NCBI GenBank assembly: GCA_017654855.1
Contig: CM030337.1
Coordinates: 2,728,001-2,792,000 of the forward strand
From: Podospora anserina
Taxonomy: Eukaryota
Length of the DNA: 64,000 nt
Reading direction: 5' to 3'
Shown here: one piece after another, positions 49,176-61,510 of the stretch
Layout: the number at the start of each line of letters is the position of its first letter
Numbering within the stretch: the stretch's first letter is position 1
The notes under the pieces: model-generated
Told to the model about the DNA's origin: nothing
Database searches by the model: none
The model's input: the letters and a program-made list of their open reading frames with translations, nothing else
Position numbers and translations under genes: made by a program

Positions 49176-50779
49176 AGGCCTGGGCATAGTAGCGAAGAAC
49201 ATTTTGCTGGTCTAAAGGGGGTGTTCTATCTCGGAAGATGGGTGAAGTGTGGTAATGTGTAAATGAATTCTGTGTTGGTGGTGATATCGACCGGGTGTGA
49301 CCTTGTTGGAGAAGAAAAGAGGGCTTTGAGGAGTTTAGTACTTGTGGAATATATACGTATTCTGTAGGCCTTCTTGTTGCACGGATTGGAATCGGTGGAG
49401 CAACCTTCGATGAAAGAGGTTTCACTTCAGGAGGGTTGTGGTTGTTGCAAGTTTATCACGGCCAGAAACGGAAAGAAATTAGATGAGACAATACAGGAGA
49501 CATCTAATAAAAAAAAAATCTGTTAATATAGAATTCCATTACCTTCCGCCTAGACTACAAGAGTTGGTGCTTCTCAAAGCATCACTTGATTGGAGGTGAG
49601 TGGCATAGACATGATGGTGTTGCTTGTAGGGCTATGTGGGTGGCAGCTCGTGACCTGGAAATTGGACGAAAGAAGGTCAAATCAAATGAACTCCAAACTC
49701 GAGTGACTTTGCGTAAAAGTTGGATGCTTGAGATTCGGTAAAAGAATAAGATACCTTGTCGAGATCAAGCCAGGATCCTGCCAAACTACCGGGCTGCTTT
49801 AAAGCAGAGAAATATCAGGTATGTGCGACTTCGGTGATGAGCGGCAAAAAAGCTTGCTGAACCCGGTCCTCCACTGTTCCCAACATGGTGAGGATACGAT
49901 CTTGAGTTATGATGTTAGACGCTTGCCGGAATCCTTGTTGGCCATCGTATGATCAAAGCCACCAAGTCGTCCTCTGCTGCGAGAGAAGAGTTAGCATCAG
50001 ACCAAGTGAGAAGAAGAGAGGAAAGTTCACCTTGTTTGCCGTGGTCAAGCTGGGTGTGGTATGCGTTTACCATTCCTACAGGCGTGACAGGCTGCTCCGG
50101 GCTCCATGAAATCAGCAAGCCAGACGGCCACTGCCCAAATGCCGTAGATCAAGTTGTAGACAAAGGTCAACACAACAGCCCAAGCCCAGCTAATCCAGAT
50201 CAGACTCATGAGGGAAAAGCGCCACGCTGAGTCCCATGATGCGGTGGCGATGGTTTTGAAAAGCAAACCAAAACATCTCAGCTGTCATGTCGCTAACGTA
50301 GCTCTGGATACAGGAGCTAAGAATTCTCGTCCAAGTTTTAGGTCAGCAAGCAGAAAATCGTAGTCGCGAAAATGGAGAGCAAGTATTACCAGCGACGGTT
50401 GGAGAGAAGCGTGCAAGGCTGAGAAAACATCTGCTGCTTTGATTACTAAGTCGACAAAAAGGCAAAAGGTCGCAGAGAAAGAGGACAGCAAACGACAACT
50501 AGCTTCTGGAAAGTAGAGCTAGCCTATCACGGCGAGTGAGTGCTATTTTCTGCCTTATTTCCTGTTTACGTGGCACACGATAGCAGTCCAGCGCTTCTCC
50601 CTATTGAAACCATCTCTTCTCGTTCCAAGAGGCCCATCTTCTAGATGCCTGATGACTGCTCGCCTGTCTAGATATGAAACGCCTTGTTTGTACCACTTAA
50701 GGGGCCATTTGGTCATAGACAGTGATTCCATCTTGCCATCCCTGCGTCGCTCATCCCATTTGTTGGGCTGTTCGGTATC

Positions 50780-51700
50780 GATAATCTCAGTACTACCTCT
50801 CTCTTAATCTAAAGCTTCATGGATTTAATTTTAGTTTTAAAAGTCTACTATCCAGGCTTATGGGATTATCTATCGCAACAATAGTCTTATTTTTTAGTCC
50901 TAGCTTCTATTAGAATTTCTCCAACCATTGCCCATTCACTATCCGAGCAGTCCTGTGCTCGCGGCCGAGACTTGAAGAAGTGACAGCTGGGCGGTTGGTA
51001 GGGTACCTAGATCCTTCTGCAAAGACGGGACTCCACGGTTCTTCAAGCCCTGATCACTGGCCCGGACCGCATGCCATACCGCAAGGACAAATGAGTCTGG
51101 TAGATACTAGGAAGAGATGAGTGATCCCAGCAGCTAGATCGAAGAAAGGACCCAAAGAGGCGACCAGGACGTAGGATATATTCTTACAAACTTCGGACTC
51201 GTCAGAAGAACCCGAAGGATGATGTTGGACAACATAAGGATGATCCTGCAAGAGGTCCAACCATCAGCAGCCAACCGCAGCGCTGGTTCAAGATCATGCT
51301 GCGTAACCTCAACTCGGAATTTTCCAGTCTCACAACAGCCGGGCATGCTCGATTCCTTCATCCATCATACTGACATCTGATAAGCACCAGGGCCAGGCAG
51401 TTGGCAATCCCGTCAAACACCAACCCCACCAAGCATCGGCATCGACGTCAACCATGATCAAGAAACAGATGGATACGCGGGTTTTTGTCTCTGGCCTTAT
51501 CCCTAGATCGGAAACCAGCCCCTATGAGGAAAAGCTTGATGGCTACTGCACGCCTGTCAACTGGAGATCGACCTGGCATCCCGAGCGGGTATTCTGCACG
51601 CCAAGTTGGATAAATGGAGTGCTGTTCCGGATCTGCCAGAGGGACTGACTGTATGAATCGAATCTCCTCAAAATCGAGGGCGTCATCCATTGTGAGACAA
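50780..51700 (-). pseudogene. Degraded copy B of the local repeat plus upstream ankyrin-like relic
   Basis: 50780-51000 is homologous to 39630-40015. Upstream minus-strand IHLFLDHG/DVDA across a frameshift looks ankyrin-like; multiple stops. Confidence 0.5.
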
Positions 51701-52222
51701 AGTTGGTTTGGCGTTGAAAAACGGGTTTGTATCATTGACTCGGGGAGATCCTTTGGGTTGTCTGCGAGACAAGATGATGAAATGAGATGGATTCCCGGGA
51801 AAAGTCAACCGCCAACTGAAAGCGGTTGATGGAGTCAGCCCTGGAGAAAGACCTGCCTGTGTTGGCTGAATGCGATGGCGCCCCTCAGGCGGCTCAGCCA
51901 ACCGCCCGCAGGCGGACGTTCGCCCGGGATTGGAATGCGGGCTCTTTTTTTTTGGTCAACTGATGCGACGTGACAGTGCATTCTTCATGTGAACAAAAAG
52001 GCCACCCGCCAAAGAAGTGGCCACTTGCTTCAGGCAGTCAAGCTCCGAAGTTTCCATGGAAAAAACGCTGGGGGCGGGAAAACAGGTATATAGGTCTCGT
52101 GCCGTCCCGCTTCTTCTAGATTACCCGTCTCTTCCATCGCAGATTTTGCTGTGCATATTGAAGTTCTGTTCCTCCTAGATTGTACCCCTCTTATACCGAT
52201 ATCACCGATACTCAACGCCGCC

Positions 52223-52369
52223 ATGAATCTCGACAGCTACAAAAAGGTCAACACCTACATGGAGGAGGAGGATCGAGAACAGGGGACCGGCGACAGATTG
52301 ACATGGATTGTATGCGGGACGCTCGTGGGCGCATTCCCTTTTGCTGTCTGGATTTGGAGCAAGTGCTGA
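52223..52369 (+). CDS. Putative 48-aa tail-anchored microprotein
   Basis: gccgccATG context, hydrophobic C-terminus LTWIVCGTLVGAFPFAVWIW, and a canonical intron 52379-52435 just downstream. Confidence 0.45.
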   Translation: MNLDSYKKVNTYMEEEDREQGTGDRLTWIVCGTLVGAFPFAVWIWSKC

Positions 52370-52855
52370 TGAGCGATGGTGAGTGCTTCCTCTCCCCGCT
52401 ATTCTTCAGGGCATCAATGCGCTGACATTCTGTAGCCCAGCAAGCAGTGCTCTAAACATTGAACGATTCTCTATTTTTCGCTAGATACCCATCAACCAGA
52501 TTGAACGCAGGAGGAGAGGAGGGAAAAAGCTATGGCGCACAGGGAAGAACGGGAGGACACATCTTCACCCGTGGCGCATTGCGCGGCCAGGCGACGGCAT
52601 CGGAAACAGCGGGGGAGTGAGTTCGGATTGGATTTCCAGCGCAACGGATTTGACAAGCCGGGAAAAGGCGGGGCCTGACCCGCAACACGATTTAGTTTGC
52701 ATTTTTCACCGCCTAACAGGCAGAATTAAGATACCCCACTAAAATTTTCAAGACGGCTCCAAGTCGATCGCATTTCCCAAGCTCTAGCTTTTGCGCGTTG
52801 CTCCAATTTGTGTTCATTTTGTCGCAACAAACCCCCCCCCCCCACCACATCCAAA

Positions 52856-55066
52856 ATGCCCAAACCAACAAAAAAGAACGCCGGCGCGGCGTCCAGTATC
52901 AAGGACGCCCGTTTTGCCAATTTCGAGACCGATCCCCGATTCCAATTGCCCTCGAAAAGAAACATCAAGACCAAGCTCGACAAGCGGTTCTCCAAGGTGC
53001 TCAACGATGACGAGTTTTTGGCTACGGCCAAGGTGGATCGCTACGGGCGGAAATTAGAGACTGATTCGAAGAAGAAGGCGTTGGAGAGGTTGTATGAGGA
53101 TGAGGAGGAGTCTGGGGAGGACGAGGAGGTGGTAGATGGGGAGGTGGAGAGGGATGATATTGTTCGTCGCGAGCTCGAGAAGGCTGATAAGAAATATGAT
53201 CCGGCGAGAGATGGCGGTTTTAGCTCCTCGGAGGAGGATTCGGACTCTGAGTCGGATGGGGAAAATCAGCCAGAGGTGGATGATGGGGAGGAGGAGTCGC
53301 GACCTGGGATTCGGTTGAGGAGGGAGAAGGAGGATGTGCCGGAGGGTGAGATCACCAATCGGTTTGCGGTGGTGAATATCGACTGGGATCACATCAAGTC
53401 TGTGGATCTGATGGCGCTTTTTAGCAGTTTCGTGCCGCCAGGGGGGAGGATTGAGAGGGTGTCGATCTACCCCAGTGAGTTCGGCAAGGAAAGGATGCAA
53501 AGAGAGGAGCTCGAGGGCCCACCACGAGAGATCTTCAAGAAGGGCAAGGGCGAGAACAGCGATGATAGCGGTGAGGACTCGGAGGGTTTCAGTGGCGAGG
53601 ATGAGGATGAGGATGACGAGGACTCTGACGAAGATTCTGACGAGGAGGTCAAGAGGGAGCTGTTAGCTGAGGGCGACGACAAGGACTTTGATAGCGACAA
53701 GTTGCGGACATACCAGCTCGACAGGTTACGGTACTACTACGCCGTGGCCGTCTGCTCCGACAAGGGCACAGCGCACAAGATTTACGAGGCCACCGACGGC
53801 ACCGAATATCTCTCCTCCTCCAACTTCCTCGACCTGCGATTTATCCCCGACGATACCACCTTTGACGACGAGCCAAGAGACGAGTGCACCGCTGTGCCAC
53901 CGGGGTACAAGCCAGTCGACTTCGTCACCGACGCGCTGCAACACTCCAAGGTCAAGCTCACCTGGGATATGCACCCGGAAGAGGTCAACAGGAAAGAACA
54001 AATCAAGAAAGCCTTTTCCGGCAGCAAAAACGACATTGCTGAAAATGACCTCCGTGCCTACCTTGCGAGCGACAGCTCTGACGATGGGGAAGACTTTGAA
54101 GATGAAGAGGAGGAACCAGAAGCCGCCACCGATGCTGCTGGAGGCGAGGAAGAAGAAGCCGAAAAGCCCCTCGGCAAAAAGGAACTCGCCCGCCGGAAAA
54201 TGCGCGCTGCTCTGGGCCTTCCCGAGGAGCCCACGACCAAAAAGTCCAAGTCTCCCGCCCCGGCGGGCGCGATGGAAATTACGTTTACGCCTGCCCTGTC
54301 AGAGTCGAATAACAAGAAGCCTGTGGAAGAGGAGACCACAATCGAGAAGTACAAGCGCCGCGAGCGCGAGAGGAAGGAAGCCAAGAGGCAAAAGATGCTT
54401 GCCAGACGCAACGGTGGTGATCCTGACAGGATGGGCGAATCTGATGTTGAAGAAGTTGCTGCTGCCGGGGACAACGCGGGAGGCGGAGACCTCGGCTTTG
54501 ACGACCCCTTTTTCACTTCTGAGCCCGTCGAGAAGTCCAAGTCTGCCATCCGCAAGGAGGAGCGGCTCAAGAAACGGGCGGAGAAGGAGAAGGAAGAGAA
54601 GGCTAGCAAGGCTGCCAAGGCGCAGCTGGAGCTGCTTATGGCTGATGAGAAGGGTGATGCGGACCATCTGGATCACTTTGACATGAGGGAGGTGATCAAA
54701 GCGGAGAAGCAAAAGGGCAAGAAGGGGAAGAAGAACAAGGGAAAGAAGGCGACGGACGGGGAGGGGGAGAAGGACGGGTTGCAGGATGGGTTCAAGATGG
54801 ACGTGGAGGATGAGCGTTTCAAGGCCGTGTTTGAGAGTCATGAGTTTGCTATTGATCCTTCCAATCCGAAGTTCAAGGCCACCGAGGGGATGAAGAAGTT
54901 GTTGGAGGAAGGGAGGAAGAAGAGGAAGGCTGGGTATAGGGAGGGAGAGGAGGTGGTGGTGAGGGAGAAGAAGAAGGTGAAGAAGGATGATGGTGATGGT
55001 GATGGGGGGGAGTTGAGTAGTTTGGTGGAGGCGGTGAAGAGGAAGGCGAAGGCGGGGAGGAAGTAA
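52856..55066 (+). CDS. ESF1: Pre-rRNA processing protein Esf1
   Basis: DARFANFETDPRF, VDRYGRK, RFAVVNIDWD, IYPSEFGKERM, LRTYQLDRLRYYYAV, LDLRFIPD, C-terminal DERFKAVFESHEFAIDPSNPKFK. Confidence 0.95.
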   Translation: MPKPTKKNAGAASSIKDARFANFETDPRFQLPSKRNIKTKLDKRFSKVLNDDEFLATAKVDRYGRKLETDSKKKALERLYEDEEESGEDEEVVDGEVERDDIVRRELEKADKKYDPARDGGFSSSEEDSDSESDGENQPEVDDGEEESRPGIRLRREKEDVPEGEITNRFAVVNIDWDHIKSVDLMALFSSFVPPGGRIERVSIYPSEFGKERMQREELEGPPREIFKKGKGENSDDSGEDSEGFSGEDEDEDDEDSDEDSDEEVKRELLAEGDDKDFDSDKLRTYQLDRLRYYYAVAVCSDKGTAHKIYEATDGTEYLSSSNFLDLRFIPDDTTFDDEPRDECTAVPPGYKPVDFVTDALQHSKVKLTWDMHPEEVNRKEQIKKAFSGSKNDIAENDLRAYLASDSSDDGEDFEDEEEEPEAATDAAGGEEEEAEKPLGKKELARRKMRAALGLPEEPTTKKSKSPAPAGAMEITFTPALSESNNKKPVEEETTIEKYKRRERERKEAKRQKMLARRNGGDPDRMGESDVEEVAAAGDNAGGGDLGFDDPFFTSEPVEKSKSAIRKEERLKKRAEKEKEEKASKAAKAQLELLMADEKGDADHLDHFDMREVIKAEKQKGKKGKKNKGKKATDGEGEKDGLQDGFKMDVEDERFKAVFESHEFAIDPSNPKFKATEGMKKLLEEGRKKRKAGYREGEEVVVREKKKVKKDDGDGDGGELSSLVEAVKRKAKAGRK

Positions 55067-55175
55067 TTTGTTTGATACTCTGGAGATATCACAGTGTAAT
55101 AAAGCCAGCCAGCCCAGTCACAAAGCAAGTCAAAAGTCCAAAGATTCCCATTGTCAGTTGGCAAACCTGCGCAGT

Positions 55176-56180
55176 CTACCTCTCAGCCCCAACAACAAGG
55201 TGACAAAACCTCGGGTGAGCATCATTGCAAAGCCTTCCCCCGACCACACCCTCAACAGCGGCCTCGTTTCCATTCATCCAAGCAACCACCTCCCATCCCA
55301 ACTCCCACAATGTCTTTCCCGCAAGGAACATCACCCCAAGAAACAAAAACCCAAGCAGCACCATGACCAAAAACTGGAAAACACACCACCAGCTGCTCTG
55401 GCAGTCCCCATACTGGAGCTTCTCACTCTCCAAATCCAACCCCTGAACTAAGCTAGGTGTGATCTCCAGCTCCTCTTCCATCTCGTCGTGGTACCAAGAT
55501 GCGCATTCTTTCTTGTTATCGCCAGTGGTGAAAGCGCCCAAAACGGATGTCAAGATATTGGGCTGGGTTTTAATCTCTGCGGAGGGTTGGTACGTGTGGT
55601 GAACTGGGAGGAGTGGCATTTTTGCCGAGAGTGTAGATAAATGCCTGCTTTGGTGGACTGGGCGAGTAGAGGGCATCATCTTCGGGGCTGGGGAGGGACG
55701 GGGGAAGAACGTCAGGGAGGGAGGGGCACGAGGTTGGTATTTCTTGTGGGAGCGGGACTTGTGGCTGTTGGTAAAGGAGGGAAAGACGGGGGCGGTGGCT
55801 ACGGTGGGGGAGGGGGCGAGGTAGGAATCTAGGTCTACGTGGTCGGAGTAGCAGTCTGAGTCTGAGGAGGAGTCGTTGTCGGGGTTGGTAGGGGGAAGAG
55901 AAGGGAAGGTGTGGTAGTTTGGCGAGGGGGTGTACGGGGGGTGGAACTGGGAGTAGGTTGGGGGAAGGGGGAAGAGGTCCGTGTGCCGGGAGATGGCGTC
56001 GTCGTTTTCAGTGGTGTTGGGGGCGGCGTGCTTCAGGTTGGCTGGGACGTAGCGGTAGCCGGAGAGGGTGTTGTTAGAAGTCATCGTGTCAGAGGTGTTG
56101 TGGACCGAGTTATCAATGCCAATGTCAATGGTGTCCCAGTTGGTGTGGTTGAAGATGGGACTCATGGGTGAACGGGGCAT
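55176..56180 (-). CDS. Hypothetical Pro/Ser-rich protein with C-terminal TM segment
   Basis: Long ORF; TM WWCVFQFLVMVLLGFLFLGVMFL. Start uncertain. Confidence 0.6.
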   Translation of the reverse strand: MPRSPMSPIFNHTNWDTIDIGIDNSVHNTSDTMTSNNTLSGYRYVPANLKHAAPNTTENDDAISRHTDLFPLPPTYSQFHPPYTPSPNYHTFPSLPPTNPDNDSSSDSDCYSDHVDLDSYLAPSPTVATAPVFPSFTNSHKSRSHKKYQPRAPPSLTFFPRPSPAPKMMPSTRPVHQSRHLSTLSAKMPLLPVHHTYQPSAEIKTQPNILTSVLGAFTTGDNKKECASWYHDEMEEELEITPSLVQGLDLESEKLQYGDCQSSWWCVFQFLVMVLLGFLFLGVMFLAGKTLWELGWEVVAWMNGNEAAVEGVVGGRLCNDAHPRFCHLVVGAER

Positions 56181-56729
56181 GATGGTGATGTTGAGAAAAT
56201 CAGACGCCCAGATAGTTGGCTGCGGACGGTGCGTCGAGTCCTCCAATGAATCGACCGTGCTGTGATAGTTGTCCTGGGAGCGCGGGAGGTGACTCCTGAC
56301 GAACAAGAAACAGAGCCAGGCTGCGGAGCGGACAGCATGGTTTATATCGATCTTGCCAAATGTTTGCAACACAATGCTGGCGCCATGGTGGACCCTGAAG
56401 GATCAAAGTGTATATGTTTGGCGTGGTCGCATCTGGAGAGACGATCAAGTCCGAACAGTGGTATAATTTCTCTCCTGTGGCGAGAATCATTCATAAGATG
56501 TTTCCGTCCTGCATTGGCCGTCTCCTGGTCGGGCAGGTCGATTTCCTGGTCGTGGCCCCCCGCGGGCCTGGGGTGACCATCCCAGAGGTAATCAAAAGCT
56601 GACATGATCGGGATGCCGCTTACGTTGGTCGGAGAGATTGGAATACAGAATTCGCTCGCTCCAGGTGTGCGCTTGCTTGAGACAAATGAGAAATAATCTT
56701 GCATCGTGACTCGAATAGAGCCATGGACG

Positions 56730-59580
56730 CCATCGAGTTGTCTTAGTGACAGGTGCCGCTGGTCCGTAAATTGGTGGAGATCAACAGGCGCGGGTTTCGA
56801 ACATGGAAATCATTGGGAATCGGCCGTTTTCATGGGCCTGTCGTGTTGAGGCCATCATGGTGGCCTTCATCCGCACAGGTGAGGGTTCCTTCAGGGTGAC
56901 CAGATGGGTCTGGGAGCTTCCATATGCTGTTAAACAACCAGAAAGATAAATCAAGAATATGACGGTTTCTTTGAAAAGAAAGTTGTAGACCTGGAGATAT
57001 GGATACTCTTTGATGTCGGCGGTACATTAATGGCAGTGTGTCAAATGAAGGAGACAACACTGAATGCTCCTTCCCCTCAGCCTACCTATTTCCCACGCAC
57101 TACGACATCGCAATCGGCATCCTCGGCATGCTGGAGCGACCAGAAGTGTCTATATTGTTCTGGGCACCCTTGATGAGCTGGAGAAGAATGATAGGGCCAT
57201 ATTTCTGGAGCGTCTAAGTAAAATGGTACTACAACTTGACACCAAAGCATCGGGAACAATCGTCACCAGCCGTGTCGATGCACTTATCACCACACATATG
57301 AACGCAGTGGGTGCATACTCTTTAAACCTCGATACCGCCAAGGGAAGCGAAACCGACCTCGCTGTCTATGCTACTGGGACTGTATCGGTACACGGCGACG
57401 AAAACACATTCTCAAACGAGCTGTGTCAAATCATCAGTTCAGAGTTGACGAGAAGAGCGCATGGCATGTTTCTCTGGGCCTCACTTGCTTGGGCTTTCTT
57501 CACCGATGGGGTTGGTATCTGGACAAAGAAGATTATAGCACAAAGGTTACAAGTCCTCCAACATCTACTACCTGGCATGGAGTCGCTCTACCAACGGACA
57601 CTAGACGAAGTGGGCCTCAGATATCGAAACGATTTGCTGCATTCGCTGCACCCGATTGTTTCTGCGGCAAAACCGCTAACCGTCGACGACCTTTCAATTG
57701 CGCTCGCTTCAAGAGAACGGCGAGATGAACTACGCGACATTGATCCTCGACTCAACGTGCAAGCCTTTTTCCGAAGCGCGTGTCCTCATCTCATCAGGAT
57801 TGGTAAGACGGGAATGGGAACCCTGGTTCACTTGTCATGCAAGGACTACCTCATTGGAGCTCCTATGATGAACAACAAGCCAAACAATTCCCATATCGAC
57901 GCGGTTACTGCCAATCTTGAGATGGGTCTTGATTGTCTCTCATATCTCGCACTTGACGGATTTGCAACCCATGACCTTGGAATTGCGTGTGAGCAGCACA
58001 AGTTTCTCTCGTACGCCTACGAATACTGGTTTCACCATCTTGAGGGCCGCAACGATCTAGCAGAAGACATTTGGCACTACCTTTCACGGCTTTTCGATCT
58101 GTCAACAAAACGTGTGAGATGGTATGATATTAGTGAGCTCGTTCTTCGTCTGTGGCACCATAACTTGTATTGCCTGTTCGAATCAGGGGTCAAACCGCCT
58201 TTTCAGCTGAGTCTCAACATTACCGACACTTACGGCGATCACTTCATACATGTTGTCGTCACCAATATGCGCAAGTTGCCACTTGAGGCTATGCGCTTTC
58301 TGACCAGCCTAGGCCTAGACATCAACGGCAGAACTCGGTTCAGACAGGCTCTATTACACAGGTGCATTCGAGAGTGGCAAGGTGAACAAGACCTCGCCAT
58401 CCTCCGGGAAGAAAGCGGCGAGACTCAGAAAGGGACCACCGAACCATTTGCATCAGAGAAAGCACTTTCCGAGATCCTTTCCTTTCCTGGGGTTGGCCCA
58501 GACGTGGTTGGCCTGTGAGGCAGACACCGCTGAGTTTTGCCCTCCATGCGGTATTAGACAAGGTTGTGTCAGTTCTTCTGGGCTGGCCAGACTTGGATTT
58601 CAGCAACCACTTGCTAGCATCACACAGGGCAACACAGGAAGGACTCTTGCCCGTGGTGGAAGCCCTCCTCAAATCGAGGTACCTCTACTCAAAAAAAGAC
58701 AGTACAGGGAGAAATATTCCTCCATGTTGCCGCGCGCAAAGGCCATTTCGAAGTCCTTAAGCTTCTAGCAGCCAAATGCCCACCCCATGTCCTAAATGCA
58801 AAAGACAACCAGGGATGGACGATTGCGCATCGAGCCATCACCTCTGGCAACGACGACATTTTTATGTAGCTGGCTGAGCACCTCTTGATTGTCCTTAGTC
58901 TCCGGGATAAACACGGCCGCCGACCCGTTGCCTTTGCTTCTGCATATGGGACTTTGATCATGCTGGAGGGGATACTCTACCAGCGGCCTCAGGACCTGAC
59001 ACTTGTGGACTCGTTTGGGAATACTCTCTTCCAAATGGCAGCCTTGGGGGTGAGCATCGAGGACTTTACATATCTCACTGAACTTTCCCGGGAGGGGCAT
59101 ATACGTCTTCCAGAAGCCAACAGTTGGGGTAGAACAGGGGTTGATCTCGCACCAACTGACAAGATGCGGGCTTACCTATTCGAACTTGGTTTCGGCCATT
59201 CACCCAGATATTTGGCGTTTCAAAGGCAGCTAGCAGAGAAAAACCAACAGCTTTGGAGGTTGAAGCTTGCCGAGATTCTGCAAGAGAGCTATAACGATGA
59301 ACGGGTTTGCTGTGGACTGACATCAGGGAACGATAGAAGAAGGAACAGGAGAATAGGGAGCAAGAGAGGAGGGAACAAGAGATCAGGAAACAAGAGAGCT
59401 TGGAACAAGAGGAGAAAAGGGGAAGGAAAAGGCCATTGGTGTGGGGGAAACTCCGAGAGAGACGCGAGGATAAGAAGTGGAAGACAGATAACCATTGAGG
59501 TGCACACGGCGACATTTCAAACCATTTTTCTAAGGGAGCTTTCAATTCCTTACTCCATACTACGGTACATACCTATCTGA
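56730..59580 (+). pseudogene. NACHT NTPase + ankyrin NLR-like pseudogene
   Basis: Broken Walker A (VVLVTGAAG then stop, about 56735-56770), degenerate Walker B (YIVLGTLDE), IVTSR, AHGMFLWASL, LVHLSCKDYL, FLSYAYEYWFHHL, ankyrin repeats (DNQGWTIAHRA, DKHGRRPVAFA). Stops at 58516 and 58868 plus frameshifts. Confidence 0.85.
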
Positions 59581-59804
59581 GCTTTTGCAGATATATCTAC
59601 TTTCCTTCTAGCGCAGTTTAACTCTAAATTGCCCCAGAAATCTCGTTTAAGAAAAGAAAAACGCACGCACGGGTCACCGAGTCTTTCGTTCCAGGCCACG
59701 GCGAAGCTGGGAGGAAGGTCTTATCGGATGGTTCTTGGCCGTTTGTAGAAAGCAAGGCGGTCGTTCTGTTTCTAGTCGCAAAGAAACAAAACATGTAGAC
59801 GGTA

Positions 59805-61018
59805 TCAATACTCCAAAGCAGCATCTGACCCATCGACATGCATCGGCACGTTGTCTATCAGCTTCTGTACTGCCCCATTCCCCAACTTGGCCGTGATACT
59901 GTCCCTGATGCGTGCCTGGACTTGCTCGTAGTGCCGTCTGGGAATAAACACAGCATCGCCAGCGGTGAGCAGCTTGAGCACGACCTGCAGCGAATGGTCA
60001 CGCGTGGTGGTCCAGTCCCCAGACACAATCTGGTTGCGCAGATCAAGAAGCCCGCGGCAGAGACGAGTCTCGGCACTCTGCTTATCTGTCACGTAGCTGT
60101 ACTTCTCGCCAATATCCTGTTTGAGCTTCTCCAGAGTGATCTGAAGGCTGTAGATAGCAGCGCTGAGGTTCCGCACAGTCATGGCAAGCTGGTAATAAGC
60201 CCTGCTCATGCTTTGTGCCCGCTCTTGCTCCCTCCGGTTGTCGGCGAGGGCGGTGTGGGCGAGCTTGAGGCGGTGCCTAGCATTTCGCATGACAGCGCGG
60301 TCAAAAAAGTTGGCAATCACATTGCCAACGTTCTGTGGGCAGATTATCGGTTAGCACACGCTTCGGACATTTCTAGATGAGGGTCATAACTCACGCCCAA
60401 CGCGTTTTGAGCATTCCGATAGTGATCTGCAAGAGCCTTTTCACGACTACGCCTTTCGTCAACTAGGCGATCCTGTCGAGCCTTTTGATCAAAAACGTGT
60501 GGAACAAAGCTGTTTAGTTCCGAGATCTTGGCCTCGAGGTTGTCGAGAAAGCACCCGACGCTGTCTTTCAGCTCCATGCAATCTCCTGCCTCGACACCAA
60601 GCTCCCACATGTGTTCCTCTGATACCTGACTGAGGTTCGAGAACTTGGCAGCTGTGGAGTCCAGTGTTTCCACAATGGTGCTGCTTTGGCGAGATAGCGT
60701 CTTGTCTCCTCTCTCGATGAGCAGCAGAGAGTGGACAACCACCTCGAGCGATCCACAGGCGACTTTTGCTCTGTCTTCAGTCCGCCGGACAGCTTTTGCC
60801 TCGAGTGAATTTATAGCCTCAGTCTTCTCTTCAAAAGCCTTGATATATCGGTGCGTCTCAGGCAACAGGAAGGCACTGTGCTTGTTCCGAAGTCGGTCTA
60901 TTCTGGTCAGGAGATTATTGATTCAAGCTCGATTGTTGCAGGACTTGCCGATTTTCTTCAGCGGATCTTTAAGCCAATCACAATCATCCCTCCATCGTTC
61001 CTCGAAAGCGTTATCCAT
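59805..61018 (-). CDS. Helical/coiled-coil protein of about 367 aa
   Basis: Exons 61018-60949, 60897-60395, 60332-59805 join in frame. Intron 1 has a GC donor (GCAAGT), CTGAC branch and TAG acceptor; intron 2 is GTGAGT..GCTAAC..CAG. Confidence 0.78.
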
Positions 61019-61510
61019 TGTGCTTGCTCTACAGGGGAGGCGGTGGGATATTCACTCGGTGGAACTTACCTGGTATCGACTGCAGGCCTAATCCTGAGTC
61101 TCATCTTTCCTCTCGCCTTCAAGAACCCTGCGTTAGGTCGGTTGGGTTGGGCTGGGTTGGGCACTGATGATCAACCCCGGCCAAGAAAGTCGTTTGGTGC
61201 GTGTGGTCCAATCAAGGCAACTTCACAACTCGATACAACAACGCTAAAATGGCCAGTAAGAGCCAGCCAGCTTTCCAAGGTGACAAATGAGAACGTGACC
61301 GTGTGAGGTAACTGGCACTTACGGGTCAGGGCTTTCCGGGATCGAGAGGCGGTCGTGTATAGGGGCGGGTTCGAACATCAACTCAACTGTCTTCATTTCA
61401 GGAATAGGTACCTTTGATTATATCCCCCACATCATCCTTTATGATTCCAAAACAGCACAACCGCTTCTTTCAGAGTCTACATCTGTTTCTTCACCCCGTT
61501 TGGCTTCACT

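Noticed and set aside
61360..61380. ggttcgaac B-box-like motif
   Set aside because: No A box or cloverleaf; not a tRNA.
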